From: Sminthopsis crassicaudata
Lineage: Eukaryota
NCBI RefSeq assembly: GCF_048593235.1
Contig: NC_133617.1
Span: 400,214,067 to 400,278,066 of the forward strand
Direction: 5' to 3'
Length of the DNA stretch: 64,000 bases
The position numbers and the translations under genes were made by a program. Every line of letters begins with the position of its first letter. Position 1 is the stretch's first letter. Positions 36,703-51,200 of this stretch are shown here, piece by piece. Below the pieces are notes generated by a model. It was not told the DNA's origin, ran no database searches, and worked only from the letters and a program-made list of their open reading frames with translations.

Positions 36703-39115
36703 AATAATTATAGTGGCTTTTTTGTGGGGACAAAGGATTAGAAATAGGGGGGAATCCATCAATTAGGGAATGGCTGAACAAGTTGTGGTATGTGATTGTA
36801 ATGGAATATTGTGGTTCTATAAAGAATGATTAACAGGATGGTTTCAGAAAAATCTGGAAAGACTTATGTGAACTGATGCAAAAGGAAATATGCAGAACTG
36901 GGAAAACATTGTATACAATAATAGCAATATTGTACAATAATCAACTGTGAATGACTTAGCTGTTCTCAGCAACACAACAATTTAAAATAATGCTCAAGGA
37001 CTTATGATGAAAAATTCTATCCACCTCCAGAAAAAGAACTGATTGAGTCTGAATGCAGGTCAAACATACTGTTTTTAACTTTCTTTCCTTTTTCTTTCTG
37101 TCTGTCTTTCTTTTGCAACATGATTAATATGGAAATGTGGTTTACATGGATGCACATACATAATTGATATCATTTTGCTTCCCTTCTCAAGGAGGAAGGA
37201 TAGGAGGAAGGGAGGGAATTCAGAATTTGAAATGTTTAAGAAAATTGTTTTTACATATAATTGAGAAAAAATAATAATTAAAAAAGTAGCAGATTAAATA
37301 TAGGAATTATTTGAATGTTAGAAAAAAAAAGGAGGAACAGGGGTTTTCATTGTTTTCTATAATTAATTTTTTGATCACGATAGCAACATGACCAGACCTG
37401 ATCATTAAGAAACTTAATCTGGTAGTTTTAAGTATGATAATGGAGGTAGAACACATTACAATGCTCTAGATGAAAAGCAAAACAAGAGAAGGCAGTTACT
37501 CAGAATATTGTAGCGGTGTAGAGGGAGAATGGGCAGTGTCACCATAATCAAGGTATCAAAGCCATTGATCTATGGAGCATGAAGGCAATATCTCTTGCCT
37601 GTTGCCTTAATGAGGCCTTCCTTATAAATATCATTTAAATATGAACTTTTAAAGATTTGATATCTAAACTTTATATTAAAATGGCAGAACAGTAGATATT
37701 AGAAGGAAAAATAATAAAACTGGACATAGCATCTCTTTCCTGAACTTCCTGAAGGAAACAGACTCAGTGATGGAGAAGAACTGGTAGCAGAAAGCAGGAG
37801 GAATTATAGAACATTAAGAAATTGTAGGGTAAAGCAAGTTATTAGTCATGTACAGAAAAATAAAGAATGCAGGTCCTGAAAAATTGTGAGCTATTGATTT
37901 GGGGCTCCTGCCTAGGGAAATATGTTGATTAGCAATGGACATGCAAATGAGGGTTAAGTATGTATAGCTGATAAGGATACTAAAATGGCAAATCTAGGTA
38001 GATAATTACAGTGACATTTACCCCATATTATGAATTAGAACCATTGAATCTTTTACCTCAGAAGGTGTTTAATAAGTGCTTGTTGATAGATTGAAAAAAA
38101 AACCCGATAAGTTAGAATTTTTTTCCCCTTCAAGATGAAGCTTATTCCACAGAGCATTTCCAGATCCCCAAGCAATCAAGGCCCTCCTTTTCCAAATATT
38201 TCTAAATATTTAACTGCTTTGTATTTATCCTGTATATAATTATATATGTTTGTCTTAATTCCCTTGATAGAATATAAGCTCCTTGAGAGTAGAAATTGTT
38301 TCATTCTTGATATGCCCAGTGCCTAGGACATGTAGTAAGCCTTTAATAAATGCTTGTTGATTTATTGATGATAGATATTCAGAACTGATAATGCCAATTC
38401 CCTTCCTCATAAATTATCAATGACTCCCTATTGCCTTCTCGAAAAAAAACTAAACTCCCAAGCCTCACATTCAAAACTCTCTACAATCTGGCTCCAATCT
38501 ATTTTTTCCAACCTCATTTCACACTCTTCCCTCTCCCATATTTTATACTCCAGCCAAACTGGACTATTCACCAGCCCACCTACATGCCCAGAGCTTGCCC
38601 ACCTACGTACTTTTGCTCATGCTGTTCTCTGTGCCTGGAATACCTTCCCCCTCATCTCTGCATGCTCAATCCCACATCAATTTGTATCTTTCTTAGGGCT
38701 GTTAAATGAATGAATGAATTAAAAGCAAGGACTTCTGGGGTTAGAGACGCATTCCTTCAATAATACTTAAAATCTACCACCACCTGTGGCTCAGAGACAA
38801 AGTATTTGGGATAAAGGTATTTCCAAGGTTGCTTACATTAATGCCCACCTCTCTATTGGCACAGTTTCCTTGCTAGAAACTTTTCTTCCCTGTTTCCTGG
38901 ACTTTTAATAACCTCCTAACTGGTCTTCTTGTCTCCATTCTCTTCCCTCTCCAAACTATCCTACACTTTCAATGGCCACTATTATCTACATATGGGACTA
39001 GTCATATGTAGAGGCAGAATAGGTGGCTGCCTCTATGATTTCATGGGAATTTAGAAAAATTGTCTGTCCTTTCGCCTAAAATAATTTCCCTATATATTGT
39101 TTAGATGTTTTAAAT

Positions 39116-39232
39116 CAAAGCTTCTTAAACTGTGGGTCACCCATATGGTGATTGCTTAACTGAATGTGGAGCACTTGAAATTATGACTTATTATCAGCAA
39201 ATGTTTGATTTCTACATCTATTTTATATAGTA
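39116..39232 (+). mobile_element. Marsupial hAT DNA-transposon relic; longer inverted copy at about 59812-60115
   Basis: ttatgacttattatcagcaaatgtttgattt (39181) matches the reverse complement of aaatcaaacatttactggtaacaaatcataa (about 59905); terminus caaagcttcttaaactgtgggtc. Confidence 0.6.
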
Positions 39233-42200
39233 AGTTCTACAATTAGGGTTTCATTTCTTTAGCATTACCCCATTGAAATGCAAGTGCTATGAGGACTTGT
39301 AAAACCATTAAGCTTTATCAATCATTGATCCTTTGGTCTGAATGACATTATCAGATTGGTATCTGAATGTTGTTTTTAAATTAAGGGTAATACAAGAGAG
39401 AGAGAAGGAAGAGAAAGAAAAGCAAAGGGGTTTAGGAATATTCATAAAAACTCATTTTTCTGTGATGACTTAAGAATTATAAAAAACCCTGTGTTGTTAT
39501 AGGTAGTACAAACATTATTTACTACATTTTATTGATTGAGTCTCAGAGAGATAAAGGGACTTGCTGATAAGAAAGGGAGGTGAAAGTTGAACCTGGGTCT
39601 TTTGACTTCCAGTTCAAGGTCCTTTCCACTACCTCCTGCTGCCTGCCCCACCGAAAGATTAGAGGAAGAGAAGGGGAAAGACAGATATCATAGAATGTGA
39701 AGATCAAAGGAGTCAAGGACAACTCACCTAGATATTTCTCCCACATCCAGCTTTATCTGGTACAACAAAGCAGAAATCTTCCCTATTTGACATTTAAATA
39801 TTTCTACAATCTGGCCCTGGTTTGCCTCTTCATTCTCCTATCCTGTTTTCTCTTCTTCACACCAGTTCTTCCCCACCCTCCAACGCCTATTTTCTCCAAG
39901 AAGCTTTTTCCAAGGATCCCAATTTATAATGATCCATCCCTTTTCTGTCTATTTAAGGTAATACCTGGTCACAATATATAACTGTAAGAAATAGAATCAT
40001 AGATTTAAACCTGGAAGAGATCCTAAAAGTTAAATCAACAACCCTCATTTTACATACAAGTAAACTGAGACTTAGTGGGGTTAAGTGACTTGCCCATGGT
40101 TACACAGCCAGTAAATCTCAATGGAAGAATTTAAACCCAGATCTTCTTGGTTCTTAGTCCAGCACTCTATGCATTAAAAATTGTTCTCTTTAATGCTTAA
40201 ATGACATTACTTTTCTACCTAAAAGTTTTCTGTGTCTCTCCCTCATTCCCAATGACTGCTGAATAAAGTATAAACTCTTGATCTTGGCATTCAAGGCTTC
40301 TGCAATCTGATTCTAGCTTACTTTTCTATTTTATCTTATATTATTCTTATTTATAAGCTCTAAGATCTATTTACTATTGCCTAATCCCCACTGCCCATTC
40401 TTGTCTTGTTTCTTCTTATTACATAATTTTGCTCAGTCAATCAAAGGCATGTATCAAGTGCCTACTCTATTCTCTGGGATAAAGATTGATCATTGCAATT
40501 AATCCATTAGGGCAACTTTTAGAGTTGCTTTCATTTTTATTTTTATTAGCACGCTGATTTTCCATATCAGTTCCCATCTCTACTCTTTTTGCCCGGCAGA
40601 CAACAATATAACTAGGCATTTCCAAGTCATTATCTAATCTCCTTCCCAGCCACTGTCATTCCCTCCCTCATACTCGAGGACCATTGAACTATAAGATCCG
40701 TGAGGACAGAGTAGATGTCTGATTTCATCAGGGTGTCTTTCTGATAACCAATACAAGACCTTGAATTTTTGTGGGTACTTAATATCTTTTGAATGGAATG
40801 CAATGCTGTTTGTTAATTTATTTATTATTTCACATGAGAGACTTCTAAACTACTTGAGGGGAGACTCCAGATTTGATTCTGCTCTTCAGTGAGAAGGCTC
40901 TGTCTAGATGCCCACTACAATAGGGATTAGTAAATGCTTATTAAGACTTTGACAAATGCATTTGGACATTCTGAATGAAGAAAGTACGCAAGCAATCATG
41001 GAGTGTTGGAATAAGTGGCTCATATCATCTAGGACTTTACAGTTATGAGTGGCTTTCCTTTCCTTCAGGGAACCCTAAGGGCAGGGGTAGTGACAAGCAC
41101 TTTTAACCTCATTTCATAGTTGAGGAAACAAAGACTCAGAAAAGTGATTTGCTGAAGGTAACAGCTAATGAGCTGGGTTTGAAATTGTCTTCTAGATACA
41201 AGAAGTGTATTACTCCTTATAATATACCACACTCACCTGTTTTCCTGAGCAAGAGGGAAAAAAAATCTTATTTCATAGATTTTCCAGCCTTGAATTCTAA
41301 CATATAGATGCCATTTGTTCTTGGGGTCCTTTTGTCCCAATAAAAATCTATAGGAAGCCTTTCCAGATTCCCCTTAATTCTAGTGCCTTTGACCATCACC
41401 CATTTATTCTGAGTTCATATTATTCATGTGTCATCTCCATCATTAAGCTAGGACTTCCTTGACAGCAGGGGCTTTTTTTTTTCTTTTGCCTTTCTCTATC
41501 TCATGCCAGAGACATAATAAATGTTTATTGAGTGACTGACCTATTCAAGTCTTTGACCTTAGGTACCACCAATGGACTGTCCCAAGAAGTTGAGTGGCCT
41601 TTTTTTAAACACTGAGGGTAGAAGAAATTCCTTTTTCCTTCTCTGCCCATGATGGATGGTCCAGTTTACCCTATCTCTAATTGGATCAATTAAAAAAATG
41701 TAGGAACCTCATCACATCTTCCCAGCAAGGGTCTCATCTGGCCTCTACTCCAACACTTGTAGTAGCTGCCATTTTCCTTTCTCCTTAGGCAGCCTGTGGC
41801 AGTACTATGAAGTAGAAAGAGAACGGAGCTTGGATTTGGGCCACTTAGGTTCAACCCCACCTATAATACTTAGTATTTGTGTGAATTTGGGAAAGACAAA
41901 ATTTTTTGAGTCTATTTCCTCATCTGTGAACTGAGGGGGATGGGCTAAATGATCTCCATGATTTATTTCATCTTTTAAACAATGATTCTTTAGCAAGCAG
42001 CTCTAATGATAAAGAAATCATTGTATCTGCCATTCAGAAAGTCTTAGAGATTAAAAAACATCTAATTTAATTTAAGTAAGTAAGCTATTGAAAGTCAGAA
42101 TTTACAGAATCTCAGAGGTCACCTACTCCAACCCAAACTTGAATAAGAATCTTCTCTATAATCCTCCTGGAAACTTATTTTGGGCACTCACTAACTTCAT

Positions 42201-44004
42201 GTCTGTTTTGGACAATCCTAATTACTGTGAGATTCCTACATGAAGCTGAGGCCTGTTTCTTTCTGACTCATTTTCCTTTCAAAAGCTATACAGAATAATT
42301 CTAATCTTTTGTCCTATAGTGGTCTCTCTAATTTTTGAAAATGATCATATTTCCCTTACTTTATGTCTCCTCTTCCTCACACTAAGTGTTTTTAATTCCT
42401 TTGATTGTCTTCATGCCAAGTTTTACCATCAGCTTAATTCAATTCAGTAAGTACTTAATAATAATGATAATAATAATAATAAATATTTATATAATGGTTA
42501 CCACATGCCAGTTGCTGTGCTAAAATTAGCTGGCCATAAAATACTTGGCTGGGTGCTGGGAATGCAAAGATAAAAATGAAACAATCACTGTTCTCAAAGA
42601 GCTTACATTCTACAGGGGGAATATGACATGTACACAGAGAAGTAAATTAAAGGCAATTTGGAGAGAGAGCAATAACAATTGGAGGAACCAGGGAAGATTC
42701 TGAGTAGGAGGCATCTCTTTAGCTGTGCCTTAAAGGAAGCCAAGGACTCTAAGGAACAAAGCTGTATATGTAATTGTGGAGAAGTGAATTCCAGATAAGG
42801 GAGTGCAGCTTGTGTGAAGGTAGGTGATGCAATGTTGAGATCAGGAAGTAGCTAGCAGGTCTGTTTGAATGGAACATAAATACGTCAAGGGAAGTAATGT
42901 GAAATAAGTCGGAAAAGGTAGGCAGGAGCCAGATTGTGGAGGCCAAAAATGCCAGGCTGAGGTGTTCATGTTTAATTCTAGAAGTGATAGGAAGACACTA
43001 AAGTTTTTGATCAGAAGAACAGCATATCAGATTTGTACTTGCAGAGATGATTTTGGTATATGTGTGAAGTATGAATTGGAGATGAAAAGCAGGGAAACAA
43101 CTTAGTAAGTTGTCCAAGGGAAAGCTGGTTAAGAGTCTAGACTAGGATCATAGCTATGTGAGTGGAAAGAAGGAGGCAGATTCAAGAGATATTATATAGG
43201 ATAAGTCCACAAGACCTGATAACTGGGCTTTGATATCCTGTTGATGAGGGAGATGAGGAAAAGGCAAGAGTCAAAGATGGCTCAGAAGTTGTAAACCTGA
43301 GTGAGTGAAAGGATAATGGAGACTTCATCAGTATTGTGGCAGACAAAGGAGGAGAAGGATTAGAAAGGAAAAATAAGAGTTCCATTTTGTATACATTGAG
43401 TTTGAAATGCCAATGTATTGTACAAATTCATGAATCTATATATTAAACAGTCAGAAACTTAGAAGTTGAGAGATAAGAATTAGTTATAGACATGTATACA
43501 GATAAGTAAATTAAGGGCAATTTGAAAAGAGAGAGAAAACATAGCAAGAGGTGTTGATTGAAGGGAGTTACCAAGGGAGACAGTATGGAGATTAAGGATG
43601 TGACTAGGATAGATCTATTTTACTTTGTATGTGCTCTAGATTGTCAAAGTCCTTGAACTGTGACCTCCTAGGTCCTTTACTGTATAATCTCTTTTAAGGT
43701 AAATTTGATATTTGGGGCCTGACAAAATGAGCAATTTAGAATGGTCTAATTTTTGATTTGTGGGGAACTGATAGGACATCTCAGGTTGTTGAGTTAATTT
43801 CCAGCCATGATCTTAAAGTTAAAGAATAGATAGAATGTTATAATTATTGTCAGAAGACTCTTCTACTCTTCTAATTATTGCTTATGTGACCTTGGACAAA
43901 TAATTTCTACTGTCTGGTCCCCAGTTTATTCTTCCATAAAATAGAAGGAGACCAGGAAAAGTTTTAGATTTCTAAGTTCCAAATCCTATGGCTTCTTACA
44001 CTTT

Positions 44005-44213
44005 TGAACAGAGATGTCAAAAACATTCTGGACTTCAAAGTTCCCAATTGCTGCCTGAATCAGAGTACAATTAGGAAATATTTGACAAAACAAATTAAAA
44101 TGAAATAGAACATAGATAATATTAATATGTGGTTTTCTGATTCAATATGCTGCTGTAAGGATCCTTATGCATGGTTTAGTGACTTGCATTTCTATTTGAG
44201 TTTGAAACCACTG
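44005..44213 (-). mobile_element. hAT-type MITE (MER45-like)
   Basis: Ends in ctatttgagtttgaaaccactg (reverse complement cagtggtttcaaactcaaatag), resembling a hAT terminus. Confidence 0.5.
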
Positions 44214-46907
44214 CTTTAGAAGATATCTAGTTCACTTTAACTCTCACAGAGTCACTTTTATTCTCATGGCAGAATAGTTAGAACATTAAAGGCAGACTTG
44301 GGTTAAAATTCTGTCTCAGATAATAACTGTGTGATTCTGGGAAAGTCAGTGAATTTCTCTCTGTCTCAATTTCCTCATCTATAATATGAAATATGAAAAA
44401 TGGCTCCTTCATGGATTCTAAGGTCCCTTCCAACTTTAAACCGATGCTACCAGGATGTGATGACAAATTTGTCATTAATGAATTTATTGGGTGAATACTC
44501 CTCTCTTCCCTCGGGAATTAGCTTTTTTCATTTATAAAATGGCAGCTGGTAGAGAGTAGAATAGATGTTTTGTAAAGTTCCTTCCAGCTATAACAGCATA
44601 TAGTTTCAGGAGAAAGAGGTACAGAAGAAACAATGATGAATTGGGAGTTGAAGAATTTGTTTAATTGATGATAGGCTAGATTACTTCTGTTGGAGAGAGG
44701 GCTCAAAACTATCTTGTGGACAGTAACTTATAGGGAGTACTATTTTCAAACTTCGAAGAGGATGGATAGATCGATGCCTTATGCTGGCTTTATGGAGGAT
44801 TAATTATGAGCCTCTACAGGAAGGTACTACAAAAGTATAACCATATGATGGTAAATATCATGATATAGTCATATGCTGATCAGACACTTAGAATCTCAGA
44901 TTTGGAAAGAATTTCAGAGGTCCATTTGCTGTACAATGGACAGAATTCTGGGCCTGGAGTCAACAAAACCTGAATTCAAATCTAGGCTTAGAGATCTGCT
45001 AGCTATATGACCCACTTCAAGCCACTGTATTTGTCTCAGTTTCTTCATCTGTAAAATGAGCTGAGAAGGAAATGGCAAATCCCTACAGTGTCTTTGCCAA
45101 GAAGACTCCAAGTGGTGTCACAAGGAATTGGATATGACTGAACATCTATATTTACTTGGTATGGCACACTGGTTAAGCTGCTTCACTTCTGTTTGCCTCA
45201 ATTTTCTCAACTATAAAATGGGAATAACAGTTCCTACGTCCTAGTAATATATTCACACAGCCTTTATCACAGTGCTTGGCATATAATAGGTGCTAAATAA
45301 ATGCTTATTATCTTCTCTTTTCTCTCCATTTGACCAAGAATATATAGTGTCCCCCTCCCCTCCCCCAAAAGGACTCAAATAACCTCTATTTGAAGACTTC
45401 TAGTGACAGTGAATTCATTACCTGTTAGGGCAGCTCATGCCACTTTTAGACATATCAAATCTTTAGAAATGTCATATTTCTTAGTATCATAACTTTAGAG
45501 CTTGGATGGAACTTGGAGTCATCTATTCTAACTCTTTCACTTTTCAGATAAAGAAACTGAGTCCCATAAAGTTGCTTAAAGGATGACTCCAAATCTAGTT
45601 GTCTTTCTACTATTCCATTCTGCCTCCCTGAAGTACTTCCCCATACTTTTCTATTTATTTATTTAGCAAGGCAATTGGTGTTAAGTGACTTATTGGGGTC
45701 CCACAGCTAGTAAGTGTCTAAAGCTGGATTTGAACTCAGGTCATCCTGATTTCAGGACCAGTGCTCTATCCATTGTTCCATTTAGCTGACCCTTCCCCAA
45801 AATTTTCTATGTAGACTTGGTTTGTTTTTTTTTATCCTCATAATAGAGGATTGTCCATATCCGAATGCTCCTGGCTCCTAATGTGGGAGGAAGGATGCCA
45901 CGATCACCTTTATACATCATCATATCAACACTGTCCCTCATATTTTCTGGAGCTTTAAAATTTGTCCCCCAAAAGCAGCTTTCTTATCCATTACCTCATT
46001 TGATCCCCAATATAATATTGTGAGGTGGGTGGGACAGAATCTTGTTCCCATTTGACAGATGAGAAAAGAGAAGCCTAAAGAGGAAAATTATTTACCCAAG
46101 TGGATGAAGTGGGACAAGAACACGATTCCTGGTCTAGGATTCTTTCCCCAGCTTCTCCAGATTGCCTCTCAAATCTTTGTTCCAGGAGCTAAGTATGAGA
46201 CAGCATTATCATCCCTTTTTCCAATGTACGCAGTCTCTTGACCTCTCTCCCAGTCAAAGCAACCTATGGCAGTATAAACAATTATCTCCTCCAATGCACT
46301 GGCTTTGGGGCCTGGCTGTTCAGTCAGGGATGACAGACTTTGAATGCAGCCCCGTGGGCTCAGCTAATGAACAGCAGCTGTGAGTTCCCCCTTCTCTTGG
46401 CTCCCCCCATCCCCACCCCCAGGCCTGCCAGCAGAGCCTTAGCCAGCAGCAGGCTTTTTTTCCACACTGACAGGTGTAGGGTGAGAGAGGTGGCATTTCT
46501 CACCAAAGGCCAGGGGTTCACTGGCAACTCCCCTCCCCAACCTGGTGCCTTGCTATGATGCCTTGCTTCCTTCATTTCCTTCTCTTTCTGGTAGTAAGAA
46601 CCTAGCTGGGAGTGAGGAGACCTGAGTCCTAGCTCTAATCCTACTGCAGATTTGTGGTCTGACATTGGAAAGCTGTGGGGCCATCTATAAAATGAGGGAA
46701 TTGGGCTACAATGATCTCTAAGGTTTCTTGTAGCTTTGAATCCTAGGATCTAACAAAGGAGTTAGCAGATGTGGATTTGAGTCTTGACACTTTAAACAAC
46801 TCTCTGTGTGACCTTAGCTAACTATCTGTCCTCAGGTTCTATAAAACAAGAGGTTTGCATTAAGTGAGGACCCTTATGCTGCTAACATTATATATTCATT
46901 CTCTATA

Positions 46908-47085
46908 TTTGCACAGTTATTACAAGAATATCTCTCCCCTCCTCCCCCCCCCCCCCCCCGCTGCTTTCCTTTCCCCGTTCTTCACTCAATTAATGAACTT
47001 CAAACATACCCTAATCAAGACCAATAAGCAGAAAAGAAGTTTCAGTGATGCAAGAGTTTCAAGGAAATAAAAATTCCTAAATTTC
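46908..47085 (+). repeat. Copy 1 of a ~175-bp local duplication
   Basis: Aligns with 48072-48243 at about 85% identity over the ~107-bp core (manual alignment). Confidence 0.9.
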
Positions 47086-48071
47086 AAATGTCCTTGTCAC
47101 CCTACTCTGTCCCTTTCTCTGGACATTCAGGAGTAGTGAATGCATGCCCCTCTCTGGAAGCATTCGTTAGGAAGCCAGAAGGACTATGAGCAAGTGTAGA
47201 ACATTCCCACTTCATTGGATTGAATGTCTCATGCTTAGAATGATGCTGTTAGGTTGGGAGGAAGGCAGAGTGATGATTAGAAGCCACCCTGGACAACTGA
47301 AGAGCACTGGAATATGATTCAGCCAATTTGCATTCTCACCTAGCCTCTTCAACCAAACTGCTGTATGATCTTAGATTACTCACTTGCCTTTTCTGGGTCT
47401 GATTTTCCTAATATATAAAATGAAAAGAATAGACCGAATATCTAAGTTGCTCTTGAACTCTGCAGCTTTTTACTTTTATGTCCTTAGTTTTCTTCTAACT
47501 CTTAAAAAGGTCTTTTCTTTGAATGATCTAGTTAATAAAAGCTACACTCCATTTCCCAAGCAATTTCAACAAATGACATCCTCTGAATATACTTTGGATT
47601 GTGCTATTTGGTACCTGCTTACATGGTGTTTTGTATGTGTTCAGTTATGGCTTTCCTATCTTGTTTTTCTTTGTGGGAAAGAACCAAGTGGTTTATGTCT
47701 TCATATTTCCCATCATCTCTAATATGGGATTAAACACCTTTCAGTAAATGCTTGAGAAAAGAGAAGGAAGCAGCAGACTATAAGTAGAACGGAATGACTA
47801 TGGTTTTCCCCCAAGGCTCTGATTTTATAGATTGTGGATGGAACTTGCAGATCTTTAGCAGTGTAAAAGCAATAATGTTTATCATTTAGTTTGTAAGAAT
47901 AATTCAGCAAATTAATGGGCTTTCTGAATGTTGGGTTGTGGTAAATTACCTCTGTTTCACTCACCCCTACCCTAGGAGGGGTGAGAACATGTCTTCTACT
48001 TTCCCAGAATCTCTACCATCTCCTCAATTAGATAATGTCCCATGGGGCATGCTTTTTGTACTCTCCCTACC

Positions 48072-48243
48072 TTTGCACAGCTATTCTGAGAAAATCTATT
48101 CCTTTCCTTCTCCCTCCTGCTTTCCTTTTCCCCCTGTTCTTCACTCAATTAGTGAACCCAAACATACCTCAATCAAGGCTAATAAGCATAAAAGTAGTTC
48201 CAGTGATGCAACAGTTTCAAGGAAATGAAAGCCCTAAATTTTG
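48072..48243 (+). repeat. Copy 2 of a ~175-bp local duplication
   Basis: Shared blocks: tttgcacag, ttcttcactcaatta, aaacatacc, cagtgatgcaa, agtttcaaggaaat, cctaaattt. Confidence 0.9.
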
Positions 48244-51200
48244 AAGTATAATTAGGAATAATGGAAACAGTGCCATCAACCACCAAAGTCTTGGAAAGTC
48301 TCCAAATGTGCCCTTCAGAATCTTCTCAATACTCCATTTACCTTCTCTTCCTCATTTCACTGAACTTACATTTCTGCAAGCATTATGATAAAACAAATCT
48401 TGTCTTATTTAATTTTTTGTGTGTGCATGTTTGATTTACTAATACTGCATTGGTATTGTTTTCTATTTTTCTTCATGACAAATAGCCAGGTCCAGCTCAC
48501 AAATGAGTCTTCTTTTAAAAGTCACTTATTTGAACCTTGGAGCACATTTTCTCACAGAAGCACTGATATAAATGATGCTTAGATTTCAGGTCTCTACTAC
48601 TAATAGTACTTTAGTATTAATAGTTTTATTTCACTTGTACTGGGGATTAAATGGCTCTCTCTGGGATAGCCTGTGAACCTAATCACTATGTAGAACATGT
48701 CTCTTAAGGGAATAATAAGCCTTTGGGGGTCCACAGTGAGAAAGAAACTTGATAACGTTCTAGAAACATGACTTTACATTCTTGATACAGTAGAAGATAG
48801 AATTTGGCTCTGGTGTCCAAGATTTTGATCAAAGTCCACCTCTAACACTTATTACCTGTGTGACCTTGGACAGTTTCCTGCTCTCCCTGCTATAAACTGA
48901 GGGAAGAAATGGACTGGATTGCCTCTGGGTATCATTCTACTTTATATCTGTGATTTGCTAAATCCCCTCCTAAATCTCCTAGCCTTTGCCATAACTGAGA
49001 AAAGAATGGTGTGAGGGGATTTGGGATATATTCATCTCTTCTCCCATTATGGCTGGAGGGATAATATTCACTGTAGATGCCTAGGATTAAAAAAAAAATT
49101 AAAAAAAATTTAGAGATGAAAGGAGTCTTATAGACCCAGTCTCTTAAATTCACAGATGAGGAAAATAAGGCAAACAGAGGCTGTGATCTATTCAGCTAAT
49201 GAATGCTGGAGCCAGAACTGAAACCTAGGCCTAATGATTCCAAAATTCAATACTTTCTATTCTATAATGCAGAAGTTTCTGAATTTATTTTTCTGCCTTA
49301 AGTCCCTCTCTTCCCCAATGTGTGTTTAACACAGCTGCCAAAGTGATTGTCCTAAAACTCAGATCTGTAGGGACAACTTGGTGGCAGAGTAGATAGAGTA
49401 TGAGTCTGGCATCAGGAAGACCTCAGTTCAAATCCAGCCTCAGACATTATTAGCTATGTGACCATTGGAAAGTCACTTAACCCTATTTGCCTAAGTAGTC
49501 TCATCTCTAAAATGAGTTGGAAAAGGAAATAATAAGCCACTCCAGTATCTCTGCCAAGGAAATCCCAAATAGGGTCATGAAGAATCGGACAAGACTAAAA
49601 TGATTGAATAACAATAAAGTGCCTGTATTGAATTTCAGTTACATCACAGGGTAGGAGGGCATGCACATTCACTGGGAAGCCTAAGAACCATTTATAAATA
49701 TTATTATGGGATAATGCATTCTAAATTCCAAACAACTGAATTACAAATGAGATTTGGGAACATAACATATCTTTAAGTTGAGGATTTCCTGCATTAGAGG
49801 CTGTCACTCAGATACCTATACATGTCTCCATTTTAAATATCTCTAGGTGGTAAATATTTAAGTTATCAGCTAGTGCTCTTACAGAAATTGCACAGTGTCT
49901 CTAATTTTGGGTCTTCAGTTAATTGAGATTCACTGTCTGATGTCAGAACCCAGGTTGCATCTAAGAAGGTCGAGTAATAACAGCCACGCTGTCTTCTCTG
50001 TAGTCTGTAGGTATTTTGGGGGTACCAGGGAGAGCTCCACTGGAGGATCTCCTTCCCCCTCCCTACCCCCTCACTGTCTGTAGCTTGGCTAGGGCCCATT
50101 CCCTCTCATGAACTAAGAGGCCTTCCCTTTAGATCCTGGCTGTATATGCTGTGGGTGGTATGCAGATGGGAATAGCATTTTACAAACTGCAGCTTAGCTC
50201 ATAGAATTTGAAGCATAGAACCTTAGAGATGATTTACTCTATGGATTCTTCCTTTTTTATTGTCATGAATTCCTCTGACAATTTAGTAGCACTTATGGAC
50301 TCCTTCTCAGGGTACTGTTTTATACTGTTTTGCTGCTTTTTTTTTTTTTTTACTGTTTATATAAAATAAAATACATAGATTTACAAAGGAAGTCAAATAT
50401 ATTAAAATATAGTAGTCAAGATATTTTTAAAAAGCAAGTTCATAGACCATGGGTTAAGAATCCCTGATCTATCTTCTTATTTTTACAAATGAGGAAATCA
50501 AGGCATAGAGTAATGAAAGGATGGTTGAAATTACACAGCTAAAAAGTGCTGAAACTGAAATCCAAGTCTTCTCATTCTGAGTTTAGCATTTTTACCTTTG
50601 TTGGAAATAATCACAGAGACAAATCCAAAAATTCCCAAGGGAGATTTGGTTTTGAAACTATGGATGCAATAATTTGTTCACAATTTCTGACTCCTTCCTT
50701 CCTCTACTAAGTCCTGCCTCCTACAAGGAAATACTAATAATAACTAGCATTTATATAGAGCTTTAAGACTTACAAAGTGTTTTATATATAACTGACTTGT
50801 TTGATCCTCATAAAAATTCTGAGAGGTAGGTATCATTATAGCTTCCTCATCTGTAAAGTAGGGTAAAAGCACCTACCTTCCAGGATTGTTGTAAAGATGA
50901 AATATAATATTTGTTAGTAGTTTGCAAATTTTATAGTTACATAAATGTTTGTTACTATAATTTTACAGATGAAGAAACTGAGGTTGAGAGGCTAGATGAC
51001 TTTTCCAGAGTCACACAGTCATTAAATGTCTGAAAGCAAGATTTGAACTCTCAAATCCTACAGTCTATTCGTCATGTATCTTAACAACAAAATATTACAA
51101 AATGACTTCTGATATTTTTACTACCTTTATTCATATAGCAAAAAAAAAAAACCCAAACATTTATAAAATGCCCACAGTATTAAGTGCTAGAAAATATATA

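Larger units (their letters stand above)
34440..37280 (+). mobile_element. Older, decayed 5'-truncated L1 (ORF2 3' part plus 3' UTR), interrupted at 34701-35436 and by microsatellites
   Basis: EREIPFKITIENINYLGVY at the start; FPINKWSKDMNRQFSEEEIK, REMQIKTT and ENNKCW downstream; frameshifted; the L1 sequence is colinear across the interruption. Confidence 0.9.
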
